DNA from: an uncultured Gemmatimonadaceae bacterium
GTDB lineage: Bacteria > Gemmatimonadota > Gemmatimonadetes > Gemmatimonadales > Gemmatimonadaceae
Assembly (NCBI GenBank): GCA_963740355.1
Contig: CAVUDW010000003.1
Location: forward strand, 1,408,001-1,472,000
Length of the DNA: 64,000 nt
Reading direction: 5' to 3'
Every line of letters begins with the position of its first letter. Positions within the stretch are counted from its first letter, which is position 1. The position numbers and the translations under genes were made by a program. This document shows positions 38,644 through 48,937 of this stretch, one piece after another. The notes under the pieces were generated by a model. The model was not told the DNA's origin. It did not search any database and saw only the letters and a program-made list of their open reading frames with translations.

Positions 38644-39900
38644 ATGCGAGTCTCACCGCCCCCCGCCCGCCACCTGCTCGCGCTTGCCCTGCTGGCGGGC
38701 TGCGCGGGACGCGGCGACACCGTCACCCCGCCAGTGGCGCCACCGGTCGTGACATCGGGGCCGTCGCCGGACGTCGTGCTCCTCGCATGCGATTCCGGTG
38801 TGCCACTGTGGGTCGCAACACAACAGGGCAACGGACCATGGACCACAGTCACCGCCTCCGCGACTGGCCGATACGCCATCACCTATCCAGCAGGGAGCGG
38901 AGGCTTGATCGTCGTCGACACCATCAACAACGGTGTTCGCACCAGTGTGCTCTACATGGCGTCGGACGAATTCACTGCGATGCTCGCGCGCACCGACACG
39001 ACGCGTTCCTGCACGCGTCGCTCGACCAATGTGACCGTTGCCGGTTTGCGCGGCACCGACGTCGCACGCGTCGGGCTGGGCGGCGGAGCCCGCACCATCA
39101 CCGACAACGGCGTGCCAGGCACCATCAGCGATCTTGGCACGCGCTCGGTCTCACTCGGTGCCGCACGAGTTCATCAGGGCACGATGCGCGCCGACCTCCT
39201 GATTCTCCGGCGCGGCATCCCCTTCCCCGGTCCGCACGCACTAGTCGACTTCGGAAGCGCTGAGTCGATCCGGCTTGATAGCGTACCGCTGACAGTGACG
39301 AATACTGGCGGGCAGGCGACGACGATCGCGATGTCGATTCTGTCGTTCAGCCTCGGTGGCGCCTCGGTGGAACTCGACCGCACCGTGATCGGTGCCGATG
39401 GTACCACACCGCTTCGTCGCGTGCCGCTCGCGTCGCAAGTCAGCGGCGACATACACGCGGTCCTCGCGCAGACGGGCTTCCCAGATCCTCGTCAGGTGCA
39501 GTCATACGTGAGCGCGACATCGCCGATCACGGTCACACTCGGTCCTCCGTTGTCGCAGCCAACGGTGTCGACGATCAGCGGATCGCGCCCGCGCATGTCG
39601 CTGTCCGCGCAGTCCGCGTATGCCACCGCGGTGCAGGCCAGCTATTTCCAGCCGCAGGGGCGATCGCTGAGTGTGATCGTGTCGGCCCGGTATCTCGGTG
39701 GGTTGCCGACGACGTGGGATCTCGTACCGCCGGACCTGACCGGTGTTGCGGGATGGAATCCCGCGTGGGCGCTGACCGCGGGGCAAGCGCTCTGGCAGGC
39801 GAATGGCTTCGGCGGGCTGCTGGGCTCAGAGCCGAGGGGTGGTGCGGTGGGACGGGTGAGCACCTTCGCACTGCAACAAGGGGCAGTGTCGTTGTTCTGA
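38644..39900 (+). CDS. Hypothetical beta-rich lipoprotein
   Basis: Lipobox LLAGC; Thr/Gly-rich open frame of 418 aa. Confidence 0.7.
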   Translation: MRVSPPPARHLLALALLAGCAGRGDTVTPPVAPPVVTSGPSPDVVLLACDSGVPLWVATQQGNGPWTTVTASATGRYAITYPAGSGGLIVVDTINNGVRTSVLYMASDEFTAMLARTDTTRSCTRRSTNVTVAGLRGTDVARVGLGGGARTITDNGVPGTISDLGTRSVSLGAARVHQGTMRADLLILRRGIPFPGPHALVDFGSAESIRLDSVPLTVTNTGGQATTIAMSILSFSLGGASVELDRTVIGADGTTPLRRVPLASQVSGDIHAVLAQTGFPDPRQVQSYVSATSPITVTLGPPLSQPTVSTISGSRPRMSLSAQSAYATAVQASYFQPQGRSLSVIVSARYLGGLPTTWDLVPPDLTGVAGWNPAWALTAGQALWQANGFGGLLGSEPRGGAVGRVSTFALQQGAVSLF

Positions 39901-40038
39901 GGTCGGGGAACCCGGGATTCGTCGGCAAAGTCGCCGCAGGTGCTTCGCAACCGCGCGACCGCGTCCTACGTTCAGTCTCATGCGTATTGGCTGACTTCGT
40001 GCGACGGCTTCCTACCCCCTGAAATTCGTTAATTCGTA

Positions 40039-42747
40039 ATGCCCAGCACCACGCTCCCCGTGCTCACAGCCGCCCTCGCGGACCGGTACCGCGTGCTCCG
40101 GGAACTCGGGGCCGGCGGCATGGCGACAGTCTATCTGGCGCAGGACATCCGGCACGAGCGTGACGTCGCCATCAAGGTGCTGCACCCCGACCTCGGGGCC
40201 GCCCTCGGTGCCGATCGCTTCCTGACCGAGATCAAGGTCACCGCCAAGCTGCAGCACCCGCACATCCTGCCGCTGCTCGACTCCGGATCGGCCGAGGGGC
40301 TGCTCTACTACGTCATGCCGCTGGTCACCGGCGAGACGCTGCGCACGCGCCTCACGCGCGAGAAGTTGCTGCCGATCAGCGATGCGATCACCATCGCGCG
40401 CGAAGTCGCCGACGCCCTCGAGCACGCACACTCGCTCGGCATCATCCATCGCGACATCAAGCCGGAGAACATCCTGCTGCAGGGCGGCCACGCCGTCGTC
40501 GCCGACTTCGGGATCGCGCTCGCGGTGCAGACCGCCGGTGGCGCGCGCATGACGCAGACCGGGCTCTCGCTCGGCACGCCGCAGTACATGAGCCCCGAGC
40601 AGGCGATGGGCGAGCGCGTCATCGACGCCCGCAGCGACATCTACGCGCTCGGCGCCGTGACGTACGAGATGCTGACCGGTGATCCACCATTCGTCGGCAA
40701 CACCGTGCAGGCGATCGTCGCCAAGGTGCTCACCGAACGGCCGACCGCACCAACCGCGGTGCGCGACACCGTCACCTTCGGCGTCGAAGCCGCGGTGATG
40801 AAGGCGCTGGCGAAGATTCCAGCCGATCGATTTGCCCACGCCGCCGATTTCGGCGCGGCGTTGCTGCACTCCACCACCGGTGACAACGCCTACGCCATTT
40901 CTGGTGCCACGCGATCGGCGCTGGCACCGAAGAAGATCTACAAGCAGCCGATCGCTCTCGGCCTGATCGCCACCACGCTCGCCGCCAGCGCGATGGCACT
41001 CTGGATGGCGCTCACGCCAACCGCCGTCGCGACGACGACAACGCAGCGGGTGCGGTTCGAGGTGTCGCTCCCCGACAGCATCAGTCTCGATGAGGTCTAT
41101 CCCTGGCCGGGGGCGATCTCACCCGACGCCAGTGAGTTCGTGTTCGCCGGCGAGGTGAATGGCGGCCCGATTCGACTCTTCCGACGCCGACTGAGTCAAC
41201 TGGAGATCACGGCGCTGCCAGCGGCATTCGGCGTGTCGAATCAGTTGATGTACTCCCCCGACGGGAAGTGGCTGGCTGGTGAAGGCGACGTCGTCCATGT
41301 GCTGCGCAAGATCCGGCTCGCCGATGGTGCCATCTCCGACGTCTGCACCTGCAGCGCGGCCAACGGTGGCGATTGGGGTGCGCAGAATGAGTTCGTGCTC
41401 GGATTCGAGGGGACCCATCGTGGGCTGACACGCGTCAGCGCCGATGGCGGCACACCCACACCGCTCACGCAGACACCAGCCGGCGATTCGATCACCACGC
41501 ACATGTACCCGATCTTCGCTGGCAACAGCGATGTGATCGTGTTCAGCATCTTCACGCAGTGGCTCAACTCGGCGGAATTGGCGGCGACCTCGCTCAAGGA
41601 CGGCACAGTCACCAAGCTTGGCATCAAGGGTGTGCGCACGATGGCCGTGCAGAACGGCAAGATCATCTATGCACGCGCCGATGGTGTGCTGATGGCCGTG
41701 CCATTCGACGTCGAGGCGCGCAAGGTCACTGGCACGCCGCAGCCGGTGCGCGACGTGCCACCCGTCGGCTTCAACCAGAACGGCAACTCGCGTCTCGTGG
41801 TTGGCCGCAACGGCGGCATGCTGACGCTCGAGATGCATCTCTATTCGTTGCTCGGCTGGGCCAAGGGCAACGAGGCGCCCACACTCGTCTCGCGTGTGCA
41901 ACGTGAATACACGCAGCCGCCGAGGCTCTCGCCCGATGGCACGAGGGTGGTGGCCGAGATGGGCGATGTGACGTCGTCGCAGATCTGGGTGATCACGATC
42001 GCGTCGGGCGCCATGACACGCCTGTCCACCTCGCAGTGGTCCAGCAATCCCACCTGGTCGCCTGACGGCCGGTCGATCTACTATCTGGCCGCGGATGGTG
42101 ATTCGTTGCGTGTCGTGCGACAGCCGGCGGACGGCGGAGGCAGCCCAAAGAGCCTGGCGACACTCGAGTTCCATTCGCTCTGGCCCTTCCCCACCCCAGA
42201 CGGCAGCGCCGCCATCTATCGTGGCGAAAGCAGCGGCAACAACGACATCCGCATCGTCTCGCTGCGCGACGGGCTCAATGCGCGCAGCAAGCCCTACATC
42301 GCCACGCAGTACAACGAACTCGCGGACAACTTCAGCGCGAACGGTCGCTGGTTCCCGGTGCGATCCGATGAATCCGGCCGGTACGAGCTGAGCATCCGAT
42401 CCTATCCCGATCCCTCCTTCCGGCTGACCGTGTCATCGGATGGTGTGTCCGATCGTCCATTCTGGTCACCGGACGGCAACGTGTTGTACTACACCAATGG
42501 CGCCGGCGCACTGATCGCGTTGCACCTGAGTGGTGACAGTACCTCCCTCAGCGTGACCTCGCGCGAGGTGATTCGCCCGGCACCCCGAACGAGGTCGAGC
42601 GATACGACGGAGGCCGAAATCGTACAGCCGCGGGCTCCCGATGTGCGGTTCACCCCCAGCGCCATCGCAGCTGATGGCCGTCTATTCGGCCGAGTGAACC
42701 CGGTGATCACGAAACGGCTGATCATCGAGCCGAACTGGCGGCCGTGA
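40039..42747 (+). CDS. Ser/Thr protein kinase with TolB-like (PD40) beta-propeller
   Basis: GAGGMA, VAIK, HRDIKPEN, DFG, YMSPE; TM; repeated SPDG propeller motifs. Confidence 0.93.
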   Translation: MPSTTLPVLTAALADRYRVLRELGAGGMATVYLAQDIRHERDVAIKVLHPDLGAALGADRFLTEIKVTAKLQHPHILPLLDSGSAEGLLYYVMPLVTGETLRTRLTREKLLPISDAITIAREVADALEHAHSLGIIHRDIKPENILLQGGHAVVADFGIALAVQTAGGARMTQTGLSLGTPQYMSPEQAMGERVIDARSDIYALGAVTYEMLTGDPPFVGNTVQAIVAKVLTERPTAPTAVRDTVTFGVEAAVMKALAKIPADRFAHAADFGAALLHSTTGDNAYAISGATRSALAPKKIYKQPIALGLIATTLAASAMALWMALTPTAVATTTTQRVRFEVSLPDSISLDEVYPWPGAISPDASEFVFAGEVNGGPIRLFRRRLSQLEITALPAAFGVSNQLMYSPDGKWLAGEGDVVHVLRKIRLADGAISDVCTCSAANGGDWGAQNEFVLGFEGTHRGLTRVSADGGTPTPLTQTPAGDSITTHMYPIFAGNSDVIVFSIFTQWLNSAELAATSLKDGTVTKLGIKGVRTMAVQNGKIIYARADGVLMAVPFDVEARKVTGTPQPVRDVPPVGFNQNGNSRLVVGRNGGMLTLEMHLYSLLGWAKGNEAPTLVSRVQREYTQPPRLSPDGTRVVAEMGDVTSSQIWVITIASGAMTRLSTSQWSSNPTWSPDGRSIYYLAADGDSLRVVRQPADGGGSPKSLATLEFHSLWPFPTPDGSAAIYRGESSGNNDIRIVSLRDGLNARSKPYIATQYNELADNFSANGRWFPVRSDESGRYELSIRSYPDPSFRLTVSSDGVSDRPFWSPDGNVLYYTNGAGALIALHLSGDSTSLSVTSREVIRPAPRTRSSDTTEAEIVQPRAPDVRFTPSAIAADGRLFGRVNPVITKRLIIEPNWRP

Positions 42748-42790
42748 ACGAACTGCGCCCGTCATTGCTGTCTTCTCGCGAACCACGGTC

Positions 42791-44008
42791 ATGCCGAGCA
42801 CGATCAAGATCCTGTATGTCTTTCCGGCGACGTATTTCTCTCCACCGTGGGCTGTCTGTTCGCAGATCGTCAGGAATCTCGATCATTCGATGTTCGAGAC
42901 GTTCGTCGTGCTCGACACACTCGGCTCAGGCGGCGTCGGCCTCGATGACATGCCTGGGGCGCGCCTGCTCCGCCTTCCACTGGGCTCCGCGATCGACCGC
43001 GCGAAGCAGGGCAGCCTTGGCGGCCTGATCGCGCTGTGTCGATCCTGCGCGCGGATACTCGGCATCGTCCGCTCGGAGCGCATCGACATCATTCACACCA
43101 CCGATGACGGCACGTCGCTGGTGCTGGCGTCGATGCTGGCGCTGCTCACCCGTCGCAAATTGCTCGTGCACTATCACACCGGCCCGAGCCTCTTCAGCGG
43201 ATTGCGGCTGGCGCTGACGCGCTTCGTCGGTCGGCTGGCGTCGGCCAACATCGCCGTCTCACGATTCATGGTCGGGGAACTGCAGCCACTGGGCCTGCGC
43301 CCCAAGTCGCTCAGCTACGTGCTGAATGCCGTGAGTACCACGCGGTTCAGCCCCGAGGTCAACGGTCAGCGCCTGCGGCAGGAGTTCGGCTTTGCCGGCT
43401 CGGATGTCGTGGTGCTGCAGCTGTCGCGCGTCTGGCAGCCCAAGCGGCAGGTCGATTTCATTCGGGCACTGGCAATCGCTCGACAGGATGCGCCGCAGTT
43501 GCGCGGGTTGATCGTCGGCTGGGAATCACCGGACTATCAGGGCGAATTCGGTAGCTATCGCGCAAAGCTCGAGGCTCTCGCCACGGAGTTGGGCGTGCGC
43601 GACGCGGTGACGTTCAGTCACGCCAGGCCCGAGTCCGACCAACTACACGCCGCATCGGACATCGGCATCCTGCCGTCCATCGGTGAGCCGTTTGGTCTGG
43701 TGGTGATCGAATCGATGGCGTCGGGCAAGCCATTCATCGGGACGTTGTCTGGCGGAATACCCGAGATTCTGGTGGACGGTGAGACCGGGTTCCTGGTGCC
43801 CGTGCAATCGCCCGAACGCATTGCGGCGTTACTGGTGCGACTGGCGCATGATCCGGCACTGCGTGAACGCATCGGGCGCAGCGCTCGCGAGGCGGTGCTC
43901 GCGTCATTCAGCGAGCCGCGCCTCGCGAGCGAGATGGGGGCGATCTACACGGCGGTCCACACTAGCGCTGCGCTGCCGAATCACAGCACTGCAACGAGAG
44001 CCGAGTGA
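42791..44008 (+). CDS. Glycosyltransferase family 4
   Basis: IAVS, KRQ, PSIGEPFGLVVIESMASGKP, GGIPEI..GETGFLV. Confidence 0.9.
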   Translation: MPSTIKILYVFPATYFSPPWAVCSQIVRNLDHSMFETFVVLDTLGSGGVGLDDMPGARLLRLPLGSAIDRAKQGSLGGLIALCRSCARILGIVRSERIDIIHTTDDGTSLVLASMLALLTRRKLLVHYHTGPSLFSGLRLALTRFVGRLASANIAVSRFMVGELQPLGLRPKSLSYVLNAVSTTRFSPEVNGQRLRQEFGFAGSDVVVLQLSRVWQPKRQVDFIRALAIARQDAPQLRGLIVGWESPDYQGEFGSYRAKLEALATELGVRDAVTFSHARPESDQLHAASDIGILPSIGEPFGLVVIESMASGKPFIGTLSGGIPEILVDGETGFLVPVQSPERIAALLVRLAHDPALRERIGRSAREAVLASFSEPRLASEMGAIYTAVHTSAALPNHSTATRAE

Positions 44009-44012
44009 TCCC

Positions 44013-46076
44013 TCACTTCATCGTTGACTCGGCATTCAGGTACTGCCCGTACCAATCCAGGTACCGCTGCAATCGGTCACGCACGAAAGAGGGTCGCGTG
44101 ATCCCGTGGAACTGCTCGGGATAGATGACCATCTTCGTCGGCACGCCGATGGAACGCAGCGCCTGGTACATCTGCTCGCCGCCGATGATCGGCACATTGA
44201 AGTCGCTCTGCCCGCCAAGGAAGAGCGTCGGCGTGGTGATGCGATCGGCGTGCCAGAACGGATAGGAGAGCTTGTCCCACAACGGCTTGTTCTTCCACGG
44301 TACGCCGAGCTCGTTCTCGTACTGGTAGATGTACTGATCACTGCCGTACATCGACGTTTGCAGCGCGCTGCCCGCACCGCTGTACGCGGCCTTGAAACGC
44401 GTCGTGGTCGCGATGGTGTAGTCGGTGAGGATGCCGCCGTAGCTCCAGCCGCCGATGCCCAGTCGATCGGGATCGGCGATGCCCTGCGCGACGAGATAGT
44501 CGACGCCGGCCAGCAGGTCCTTCACTTCCTTGTTTCCCCAGTCAGCGAAGATCGCCTTCTTCCACGCCACGCCGCGGCCTGAGCTGCCACGATAGTTCAC
44601 TGCCAGCACCAGGTAGCCCTGCGCCGCGAACAGCTGCCGCTCCAGCGCGGCGCCGGGTCCGAAGAGATGCTCGTCCTGCCCGTTCGGACCACCATGAATC
44701 GACAGCACCAGCGGATATCGCTTGCCTGGTGTGAACCCCGCAGGCTTGAACAACAGTGCGCCGACCGTCACGCCATCGGTGCTTCCGAACTGCACGTCCT
44801 CCACTGCACCGAGCTGCAGCACGTTCATAATTGAGTCGTTCACGTGGGTCAGCACACGTTGCGACCCGTTCTCGAAGGCATGGAGTTCAGCCGGGGCCAG
44901 TGACGTGCCATCGCGCGTTACGATCTTGCCACTAGGCAGCATGTCGTAGGCATTCACGACCCGTCGCCCATCGAGCAGCCGCCGCACAGCGCCCCCTTTC
45001 GCATCAACGCTCGCCAGGTGCGCAGCGCGATCATCGCTGACGAGGAACTGCAGGCTGCGTCCGTCGCCGCTCCAGGTGAGTGAACCCACATCGCGGTCGA
45101 GGGATGGCGCTGGATACGTCGGCGTGCCACCACGGCTTGGGATGACGGCGATCCGAGACTGCGAGTAGGCGGAGAACTTTGGCTCGTTCGACTCGAGGTA
45201 GGCGATCGATGCCCCATCGGGGCTCCACATCGGACCTGCATCATCGCCAATCCAGGTCGTGACCGCGACAGGCTTTGCGCCGACCGTGGCATCGATGGTG
45301 AAGATGTCCGAGTTGTTCTCGCGATCCGGATCCGCCCCCACACGCGCGCTTACGAATGCGATGCGCGTCCCATCCGGCGACCACTGCGGTGCACTGTCGT
45401 CGAAGTCGCCCGACGTCAACTGCGTGCCAGCCTTCGACGCGACGTCCACCAGCCACAGATGGTCGCGCAGTCTATTCCGGTATCCATCCACATCTCGCTT
45501 GAACGCGTACCGGTCGATCACGATCGGCTTGGCGCGCGACTTGGACGAGTCGGCACTGCTGTCCTTCGGCTCGGGATCATGCGCGATCACGACCAACCGC
45601 TTGCTGTCCGGCGACCAGTGGTGTTCCGAGACCCCGCCAGCGATGTCGGTCATCTTCTGCGCCTCGCCACCGGAGCGATCGAGCAGCCAGACCTGTCCCG
45701 TCTTCGCACCTTCACGAGTCGCGATGAAAGACAGCCAGCGACCGTCCGGACTCCACTGCGGATCCGACTCGCCGCCCGGAGTCGTGGTGAGGCGCAGTGT
45801 CCGCGAGCCATCCCATCGCACCATCCAGAGATCGGAGCTGCGCGAGTCCTTCGCCGAATCGATCGTCGCGACGGAATAGGCGATCCACTCTCCATCCGGC
45901 GACAGGCGCGGCGCACCAACGGTTTTCAGCCGGTACATATCATCGGCGCGGATCGGGCGGCGGGCCGATGCCGCACTCTGCGTCGGCGCCGGTGCTTGCG
46001 CGTGCAGCGGGGCCAGTGGAGCCAGCAGCGACAGCGTGATGCCCAGAGAGCTGATGACGCGCGTGGTGATGATCAT
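44013..46076 (-). CDS. S9 family peptidase (prolyl oligopeptidase/acylaminoacyl peptidase)
   Basis: Signal peptide, WSPDG propeller repeats, IHGGP, NYRGS, GWSYGG nucleophile, DFNV, EQFHG. Confidence 0.93.
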   Translation of the reverse strand: MIITTRVISSLGITLSLLAPLAPLHAQAPAPTQSAASARRPIRADDMYRLKTVGAPRLSPDGEWIAYSVATIDSAKDSRSSDLWMVRWDGSRTLRLTTTPGGESDPQWSPDGRWLSFIATREGAKTGQVWLLDRSGGEAQKMTDIAGGVSEHHWSPDSKRLVVIAHDPEPKDSSADSSKSRAKPIVIDRYAFKRDVDGYRNRLRDHLWLVDVASKAGTQLTSGDFDDSAPQWSPDGTRIAFVSARVGADPDRENNSDIFTIDATVGAKPVAVTTWIGDDAGPMWSPDGASIAYLESNEPKFSAYSQSRIAVIPSRGGTPTYPAPSLDRDVGSLTWSGDGRSLQFLVSDDRAAHLASVDAKGGAVRRLLDGRRVVNAYDMLPSGKIVTRDGTSLAPAELHAFENGSQRVLTHVNDSIMNVLQLGAVEDVQFGSTDGVTVGALLFKPAGFTPGKRYPLVLSIHGGPNGQDEHLFGPGAALERQLFAAQGYLVLAVNYRGSSGRGVAWKKAIFADWGNKEVKDLLAGVDYLVAQGIADPDRLGIGGWSYGGILTDYTIATTTRFKAAYSGAGSALQTSMYGSDQYIYQYENELGVPWKNKPLWDKLSYPFWHADRITTPTLFLGGQSDFNVPIIGGEQMYQALRSIGVPTKMVIYPEQFHGITRPSFVRDRLQRYLDWYGQYLNAESTMK

Positions 46077-46217
46077 GTTCGGAGGGATGGCTGGCAGACC
46101 GGACCGGGGACGCAGCAAAGTAGCCGACGCCACTCGTATCGGCGTTCAGTCGCGCGGTCACGGACCGTGCGACCAGCCTTCGGAGTGGCGCCGGCTGCAT
46201 GGCCATACGCGCCAGGG

Positions 46218-46688
46218 TTACGGCTTCCGGGTCGCCTCGATGACCAGCGCGCGCACCGAGTCGGCCGTCTTCACGCTGTAGTGCGCCGTGGATGTGCCGA
46301 CCAACTTTCCGTCGCGCATCCTGATCACGCCGGCCGTGGTCACCTTCACCCCTTTCCGCAGGATGCTCGAGTAGGGCCCGGCTGACGTCATCGCACTGTC
46401 GCCACTCACCGTCACCGTCATCGGGATGGCCGGCCGACCAGGGAAGGTGAGTTTCCATCCTGCGGCATCGGCCGTCGCCTCCAACTCCGCCGTCACCAGC
46501 ACGGTGTCACCGGTCGGTGTCTTGGCGACGTACGTCCACTTGCCAGCCGCATCAGCGAGCGAGAACGCCGGAGGTGGAGCCGGCGCTGGTGCCTGCTCGG
46601 CCGCAGGTGCAGGCGTCGCCTCGGGAGCCTTCTCTTTCGAGCTGCAGCCAGCGACAACGATCAGCAGCGCAATTCTGGACGCGCGCAT
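46218..46688 (-). CDS. Hypothetical lipoprotein
   Basis: GGAGG RBS, lipobox VAGC, Pro/Ala linker, beta-strand domain. Confidence 0.75.
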   Translation of the reverse strand: MRASRIALLIVVAGCSSKEKAPEATPAPAAEQAPAPAPPPAFSLADAAGKWTYVAKTPTGDTVLVTAELEATADAAGWKLTFPGRPAIPMTVTVSGDSAMTSAGPYSSILRKGVKVTTAGVIRMRDGKLVGTSTAHYSVKTADSVRALVIEATRKP

Positions 46689-47058
46689 CGGAACCTCCGT
46701 CAGAAGGGAAACAGCGGTGTGGAAAACGCAGCAGCGAACCCAGCATCTGCTTCAAACCGCGCATCATCGCGTGTCGAACTACCAACGACTCCAAGCCACA
46801 AGGCCCCGGAAAGGCGCGCAGCAATTGCACTGCGGTAGATCGGCTGCACATACACTGCGACACCGGTGGCGAGACGATGGGAGAGTGTGCATGAAAACGC
46901 AATGACGCGAGACGTCAGCCTGAAACGCCCGGTGCTGGCGACACCGTATCGAGTGGCGCGACCGCAGCACCTGCGCCAAGATTGCGCATGCGAGTCGGCT
47001 TCGGACACGCCGACGCATCCGCCGATCGGCACGACCGAGACCTCTGATCCCGTCTGCC

Positions 47059-48000
47059 ATGTGCTCCGTACGACTCTGCACAACTCTCGCAGCCGGCGCC
47101 ATCTCGGCGAGTCTTTTCGCCCCGCCAGTGCTGGCCCAGTCGTTTCCCGAGCGCTGTGGCACGGGCATCCCGGCTGATGAGAAGCGTGGCTACACCCCGC
47201 TCCCTCGCGGCGATGTGTTCTGCCAGCTCGTCGCGGACCCGAAGGCCCCGCGTTCGTTCGTGACGATCGTGCGCGCACGCGAGGACAGCGGCGTAACGAC
47301 CAGAAGCGGCAACCTCGCGTCGGTCGGCATCGGCGACGTGTTCCCACTCGGCCGATGGTCAGGGAGCCAATCCGGTGACGGGCTGCAAGTCTCGCTCTCC
47401 GCCGGTGTCTTCGCGCAGTTCGACCTCGCGACGGAGTCGTATGACCTGCTCAACGCCGATTACACGATCGGCATCCCCATCACCTGGCGCCGAGGCCGGA
47501 ACTCGGCGCGCGTGCGCATCTATCACCAGAGCTCTCACCTCGGTGATGAGTACCTGCTGCGCGAGCCAGCCGACCGACAGGACCGCGAGAACTTGTCGTT
47601 CGAGTCGGTCGAAGTCCTGCTGTCTCGCGACCTCGGCGCGTTGCGGATGTATGGCGGCGGCGAATGGCTGGTGAATCGCGAGCCGGCCGACCTCGCCCGT
47701 TCGCTTGCGCACGCCGGGATCGAGTTCCGTCCGAGCACGTTCGTGATCCCGCTGCGCCGTCTCGGTGGCTTCCGCTTCGTGGCCGCGACGGATGTGAAGG
47801 CGTCGCAGGAGCAGGACTGGAAGCCGAGCATCAGCGCGCGGGCTGGGCTCGAGTATGATCGCGCAGCGGGTGGCAGCGAGCCGGCGTCCCGGCGCTGGGG
47901 CTTATTCGCAGAGTATTACGAAGGTCCATCGCCGTACGGGCAGTTCTTTCGCGAGCGGGTGAGGTACACGGGGGTCGGGGTGCATTTCAGCGGGTTTTGA
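47059..48000 (+). CDS. DUF1207-like outer-membrane/secreted protein
   Basis: ADPKAPR, FAQFDL, LLNADY, YHQSSHLGDEY, YYEGPSPYGQFF. Confidence 0.75.
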   Translation: MCSVRLCTTLAAGAISASLFAPPVLAQSFPERCGTGIPADEKRGYTPLPRGDVFCQLVADPKAPRSFVTIVRAREDSGVTTRSGNLASVGIGDVFPLGRWSGSQSGDGLQVSLSAGVFAQFDLATESYDLLNADYTIGIPITWRRGRNSARVRIYHQSSHLGDEYLLREPADRQDRENLSFESVEVLLSRDLGALRMYGGGEWLVNREPADLARSLAHAGIEFRPSTFVIPLRRLGGFRFVAATDVKASQEQDWKPSISARAGLEYDRAAGGSEPASRRWGLFAEYYEGPSPYGQFFRERVRYTGVGVHFSGF

Positions 48001-48182
48001 GGCGGTATCGTACTCGCCCAATGCGGGACCTCGTCGCGGCGCTGTCACTGGCGGCATGTACGTTACGAAGCTGTCGCGTCGACCGGGCCGAATAGTGCGT
48101 GCCAGGCGGCTCTGGCGCAGTGTTGCTGGAGGTCGTGTCAGACGCATCACGAAGTTTCCACGCACACACGTCAAGGGGACGC

Positions 48183-48635
48183 ATGCCTGACCATTCACCG
48201 AGCAACGCCTTCAACCTGCAGCGGTTCGTGACGGCGCAGGACGCGAACGATACGTTCAAGCACGCCTTGACCGAGATCACGCGCGGCAAGAAGACGTCGC
48301 ACTGGATGTGGTTCATTTTCCCGCAGCTCGCTGGACTTGGGAAGACCGAGATCGCCAAGACGTACGGCATTGTCGATCGCGCCGAGGCGGAGGCGTATCT
48401 CGCGCACCCGGTGCTTGGGCCGCGTCTCGTCCAATGCGGCGAGGCCGTGCTTGGCGTCACCGGGCGCACTGCAGAAGAGATCTTCGGGCCGGGGGATGCA
48501 CTCAAGCTGCGGTCTTCGGCGACGCTCTTCGCGAGTTGTTCGCCCTCGAGATCGGTCTTCCATCGCGTTCTGGCACGATACTACGGTGACGAGCCAGATG
48601 CGTTGACGGTGAGTCTGTTACATGAAGGTCGCTGA
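48183..48635 (+). CDS. DUF1810 family protein
   Basis: LQRFVTAQ, GKKTSHWMWFIFPQLAGLG, YLAHPVLGPRL, KLRSSATLF. Confidence 0.88.
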   Translation: MPDHSPSNAFNLQRFVTAQDANDTFKHALTEITRGKKTSHWMWFIFPQLAGLGKTEIAKTYGIVDRAEAEAYLAHPVLGPRLVQCGEAVLGVTGRTAEEIFGPGDALKLRSSATLFASCSPSRSVFHRVLARYYGDEPDALTVSLLHEGR

Positions 48636-48937
48636 ACACAGAGCACGGGAGGTGCTTGCGTTGCATAATGGACATGGCCCCGCGAACTCGCGAGGCCTTC
48701 CCCTTAGGCGTGAGCGGTCTCTCGTCAGACCGGTAGGGCACGGTGGATCGTCCGCCACCGACGCCACCCCGAAGTAGCTTCGCCAAATCAATCCTGAGTG
48801 TGCAGCGGCACTGTAAACGCGCGGGCACATCGTCGGCGCGCCCTGACTGTTCGTGGCATCGTCGCCCCAGTGGCCCAGTCACCGCTCTCTGTATCCAATA
48901 TCTCGCGGCCCTCGTTAGCCGCCGTGACTACACCGCC

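Noticed and set aside
48658..48685. dif/Xer site (GCATAATGGACAT)
   Set aside because: Only one arm resembles dif; the opposite arm is GC-rich with no TTATG/CATAA counterpart.
48715..48735. Hammerhead ribozyme core (CTGACGA on the minus strand)
   Set aside because: No GAAA after stem II; the motif is simply the loop region of a hairpin.
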